A stretch of DNA of 64,000 bases, taken from an uncultured Chloroflexia bacterium. GTDB taxonomy: Bacteria; Chloroflexota; Dehalococcoidia; GIF9; AB-539-J10. Location: the NCBI GenBank assembly GCA_963769975.1, contig CAVYNS010000008.1:31686-95685 (forward strand), given 5' to 3'. Under the pieces are notes generated by a model, which saw nothing but the letters and a program-made list of their open reading frames with translations, had not been told where the DNA came from and searched no databases. The position numbers and the translations under genes are program-made. This document shows positions 60,324 to 64,000 of the stretch, one piece after another (within the stretch, counting starts at the first letter, position 1; each line of letters opens with the position of its first letter).

Positions 60324-61295
60324 TTATTGACGTAACCAATCGGTCAAAAGTTTTCCAGATTTAAGGATTTCATCGGCTGCTGAGTATGGATCGAGTTCTC
60401 CTTTTTTCACCCTCTCAATATAGCTACTCAGTTGCCCATCTTGCTCGATTAGCTTGAGCAACTTATGAGTGAGTTTTCGTTCCAGAGTTTTTAGAAAGTC
60501 CTGTTTTCGTTGGAGTTGGCGGCGTTGTGAAAGTCGGCCCTCTTTGCAGAGGGCTTGGTAATGTAATTGAATTTGTTTGTAGAGTTCCTCAATGCCAATG
60601 TCGTTAAGTGCTTCTGTGGCTATCACAGGTATATTCCACCAGCTTGGCTCATGAAGCTGCAGCATAGCTTGTATATCATGGACAAAGTTGTCGGCACCAG
60701 GATTGTCAGCTTTGTTAATTACAAATATGTCGGCAATCTCAAATAGTCCTGCTTTCATTGTCTGGATAGCATCCCCTGATTCAGGGCATAATATGACAAG
60801 CACAGTATCGGTGTTCTCCATAATATCTACCTCGCTTTGCCCTACTCCTACCGTCTCGACCAGGATAATATCTTTGCCAGCGGCGTCAAGTAACTTGATC
60901 ACAGAGCTGGCAGTTTGTGGCAGCCCGCCCATACTGCCACGAGTTGCCATACTGCGGATGAAAACCCCGTCATCAAGATAATGTTGTTGCATTCTTATTC
61001 GGTCGCCTAATACTGCCCCTCCCGTGAATGGGCTTGAAGGATCTACGGCAATTATCCCGACTTTTAAGCCTTGTTTTCGCATCAACGCTGTCAGCTTGTC
61101 TATCAGGGTGCTCTTTCCTACTCCTGGTGGGCCGGTTATCCCTATGCAATGTGCCTTCCCCAAGTGTGGAGCAATGAGCTTCATTATTTCGGGCACTTGG
61201 CTGCTTTCGTTTTCTACTAGGCTGATGATGCGTGATAGGGAGACGTTTTCTCCCTTGAGCATCTGTTCCACTAGCTTCATAATTTTAGGGGTCAT
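60324..61295 (-). CDS. meaB: MeaB/ArgK B12-mutase-associated GTPase
   Basis: GPPGVGKST, VDPSSP, LGDRIRM, ETVGVGQSE, NKAD. Confidence 0.9.
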   Translation of the reverse strand: MTPKIMKLVEQMLKGENVSLSRIISLVENESSQVPEIMKLIAPHLGKAHCIGITGPPGVGKSTLIDKLTALMRKQGLKVGIIAVDPSSPFTGGAVLGDRIRMQQHYLDDGVFIRSMATRGSMGGLPQTASSVIKLLDAAGKDIILVETVGVGQSEVDIMENTDTVLVILCPESGDAIQTMKAGLFEIADIFVINKADNPGADNFVHDIQAMLQLHEPSWWNIPVIATEALNDIGIEELYKQIQLHYQALCKEGRLSQRRQLQRKQDFLKTLERKLTHKLLKLIEQDGQLSSYIERVKKGELDPYSAADEILKSGKLLTDWLRQ

Positions 61296-61448
61296 CTATT
61301 ATGGGGGTAAGGTTATTTTATAGCTTTCCAGACTAGCGGTCAAATAGGTTTACGATATGGCAAGAAGAGCCGAAGCTTAATTGAATTGCAAGCTAAGAAC
61401 GTCTATAGATAGACACTAATAAAAAAGTTTGGCGATTTTTGTCTTTCT

Positions 61449-62099
61449 TTACACAGGTTTGCCCACAGGCATTATATATAGGGGCTTAATTTGTTCCTCT
61501 ACCCCGAGGACTTTCCTTACCTCCTCATCGTGAAAAGCGCCGACTTCCACCGTGGCTAATCCCAAAGCCACAGCTTGAAGGTGGATGTTTTCACCTACAT
61601 GCCCCACCTCCATGTGAACATATCTCTCTCCACGTCTGCCATATCTGTAGGAAGTCCTGTGATAAAGAGCACAGAGGACAATATCCACAGGGGCGTCGAT
61701 AATAAATTCTTGGTCCAAGGTTGCTCTAGCTAAATCTGGTCTTGAATCGGCTGATTTATGAAGGTTCAAGGAATGGGAATCTGCTTCATAGTGGTAAATA
61801 CCGGCTTGTAATTCTTCGGGAGCTTGTCCCGATGCAATCGGGACCTCGCTGATAATTACGCTCTGTTTGCCAATGACCACAAAAATCTCCAGAGGATAGG
61901 TAGCTCCAGCACTGGGCGCTGTTCTAAGCCCTCTAGTTCCGGTGATGCCCTGGGCTGACCACAGTATTTGACTCAGTTGAGGTAAATCTAATGGCTCCCT
62001 GCGGTATTTACGAACCGATCTGCGCCTTAGTATCGTTTCCTCTAATGAAACTTTGCCTTTCAACTGAGGAGGGGGAAGCTTAATTATAGTTTGCTTCAT
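61449..62099 (-). CDS. SagB/ThcOx-family nitroreductase
   Basis: RRSVR, APSAGATYPLE, EVGHVGEN, VGAF. Confidence 0.88.
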   Translation of the reverse strand: MKQTIIKLPPPQLKGKVSLEETILRRRSVRKYRREPLDLPQLSQILWSAQGITGTRGLRTAPSAGATYPLEIFVVIGKQSVIISEVPIASGQAPEELQAGIYHYEADSHSLNLHKSADSRPDLARATLDQEFIIDAPVDIVLCALYHRTSYRYGRRGERYVHMEVGHVGENIHLQAVALGLATVEVGAFHDEEVRKVLGVEEQIKPLYIMPVGKPV

Positions 62100-62136
62100 G
62101 CCAATCCTTTGCTACACGCAGAATAACAAATAACGT

Positions 62137-63594
62137 TTAGCCTTTGATAACGCCCATAGGTACAGCCATAGCCACTTTTTTAGAAATACCAGCTTTGTGA
62201 ACCACGTCTATGACTTGAGTAACATCTTTGTAAGCTTGGGATGCCTCCTCGGCTAATGCAGAAACGCTTTCTGTTTTAACAATGATACCTCTACTTTCTA
62301 ATTCTCGTATGACATCGGTTCCCTTGATACTTCGTTTGGCAGCACCCCGGCTTAGTACTCTGCCCGCGCCGTGACAGGTGGAGCCAAAGCTTTCCTTCAT
62401 AGCTTTCTCAGTGCCCACAGCAACAAAGGAACAACGTCCCATGTCTCCGGGCACGAGCACGGGTTGTCCTACCTCCTTGTAGCGTCCGGGAGTATCCTTA
62501 TGGCCTGCCGGAAAAGCTCTGGTAGCTCCTTTGCGGTGAACACAGACTTTAACCTGGCGACCGTCTATCATGTGTTCTTCTATTTTGGCTATATTATGAG
62601 CAACATCATAAACCTGCTTCGTGCCCAGTTTCTCAGGACTTTTACCGAAAATTTTAGAAAAACTTTCTCTAACCCAATGGGCAATGCATTGCCGGTTAAC
62701 CCAGGCGTAGTTAGCAGCACATGCCATGGCAGCTAGATAGTCCTTGCCTTCCTTTGATTCTATGGGAGCGCAGGCAAGTTGCCGGTCGGGGAGCTTTATC
62801 CCGTACTTTGATACCGCCTGTTCCATGACTCGCAGATGGTCAGTACATATTTGATGGCCAAAGCCGCGAGAGCCTGTATGGATTAAGACTAATATCTGAC
62901 CTATCTCAGCGATGCCCATAATGTTAGCTATGTGAGAATCGAATATCTCTTTCACCACTTGGATCTCAAGAAAATGATTCCCTGAGCCTAATGTGCCAGC
63001 TTGAGGCATACCTCTTTTTATCGCTTTGTCGCTTACCTTACTGGGATCGGCACCAGTGAGACATCCGCCTTCTTCAGTAACATCCAAATCTTCCTCGGAA
63101 CCCATGCCACGCTTCACTGCCCAATGAGCTCCCTCAACCATCAATCTGGTCATCTCTTGTTGACTTACCTTTATCTTCCCTTCGGAGCCGAGACCCGATG
63201 GTATACTATGGAAAAGTTCATTAATGAGCTCATTAATTCTGGGTCGCACTTCGGCTTCGCTGAGACTGGTACGCAATAACCTTACACCACAATTAATGTC
63301 ATAACCCACTCCCCCCGGGGAAACTACGCCATCCTTAACATCCATTGCTGCCACTCCGCCTATAGGGAAGCCATAGCCCCAGTGGATATCTGGCATGGCC
63401 AGAGAGTAACCTACTATACCGGGTAGAAAGGCAACATTGGCAACTTGTTCGAGTGCTTGTTCCTCGCGTATAGATTCCAGCAATTCCTTACTGGCATAGA
63501 TTAGGCCAGGAACCTTCATGCCAATTTTATAATTCTCGGGAATCTTCCAGCGATAATCGTCTATCTTAATAAGTTGTCCTTGCCATTGTGTCAT
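62137..63594 (-). CDS. rtcB: RNA ligase RtcB
   Basis: MPDIHWGYGFPIG, DINCG, GNHF, HTGSRG, HRKGAT, HGAGR. Confidence 0.95.
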   Translation of the reverse strand: MTQWQGQLIKIDDYRWKIPENYKIGMKVPGLIYASKELLESIREEQALEQVANVAFLPGIVGYSLAMPDIHWGYGFPIGGVAAMDVKDGVVSPGGVGYDINCGVRLLRTSLSEAEVRPRINELINELFHSIPSGLGSEGKIKVSQQEMTRLMVEGAHWAVKRGMGSEEDLDVTEEGGCLTGADPSKVSDKAIKRGMPQAGTLGSGNHFLEIQVVKEIFDSHIANIMGIAEIGQILVLIHTGSRGFGHQICTDHLRVMEQAVSKYGIKLPDRQLACAPIESKEGKDYLAAMACAANYAWVNRQCIAHWVRESFSKIFGKSPEKLGTKQVYDVAHNIAKIEEHMIDGRQVKVCVHRKGATRAFPAGHKDTPGRYKEVGQPVLVPGDMGRCSFVAVGTEKAMKESFGSTCHGAGRVLSRGAAKRSIKGTDVIRELESRGIIVKTESVSALAEEASQAYKDVTQVIDVVHKAGISKKVAMAVPMGVIKG

Positions 63595-63605
63595 GTCCTT
63601 AGCTC

Positions 63606-63998
63606 CTAAATGTCGAGAATTATCTGTGCCCTGTAGCCATCGCTATTTTTATCTAGCTTTAGCATATGATATGTGGCTGCTTTTACCCCTCTCTTTATTT
63701 TGTGTTTCATTGGGTCAAAATCTTCTCCATAACAGATAGCCTTAAGTTCATTGTGAGTCAAACGTTCAATATCGAAACGGTTGAACAGAATATGTTTGGC
63801 ATCGAAAAAATAAATGAGTTCATTAAGCCATTCAACGAGCAAGCTATCTCTATCTTCGCTGCTGACTTTCAAATTGAGGTGCGATTTCTCCTCAATACTT
63901 TCGGGCTCAGTTATCAAACTGAATAGAGCCAGAGCAGCGTTGGAAAAGAGCTCTTCGGCATCTGTCCCGTAGGCAATGATGCCTATGTCAGCAGTGTG
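63606..63998 (-). CDS. Archease, 5' end outside the window
   Basis: The frame is open to the window edge, giving HTADIGI; also WLNELIY and VKAATYH; adjacent to rtcB. Confidence 0.9.
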   Translation of the reverse strand, partial: HTADIGIIAYGTDAEELFSNAALALFSLITEPESIEEKSHLNLKVSSEDRDSLLVEWLNELIYFFDAKHILFNRFDIERLTHNELKAICYGEDFDPMKHKIKRGVKAATYHMLKLDKNSDGYRAQIILDI

Positions 63999-64000
63999 GT

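Overview
Bacterial window (sigma70 promoters, Shine-Dalgarno sites) whose gene content suggests Chloroflexota/Dehalococcoidia (inference). It has four zones. (1) 1-10.6 kb is an accessory/defence island: a GHKL ATPase convergent on an HTH regulator + amino-methyltransferase operon, small cargo genes and three TA loci. Five same-orientation copies of a ~60-bp imperfect hairpin repeat sit at gene boundaries here, suggesting a non-integron cassette array. (2) 10.6-23.3 kb is housekeeping: pabA/pabC-like, leuA, leuB and cimA, with an Mre11 / membrane-anchored Rad50-like pair and no leuCD. (3) 23.4-55.3 kb is a ~32-kb protein N-glycosylation locus: an archaeal-type STT3/AglB oligosaccharyltransferase, a WbpA/WbpB-D/WbpE pathway, gmd/fcl, a TPP-dependent E1 pair, a flippase, six glycosyltransferases and glmS/glmU/glmM. 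It contains many short gene relics and an embedded MazEF-type module. (4) 55.5-64 kb is housekeeping: a small Zn-finger protein absent from the ORF track, rdgB, FBP aldolase/phosphatase, meaB, rtcB and archease. No rRNA, tRNA, CRISPR array, integrase or transposase was recognised.
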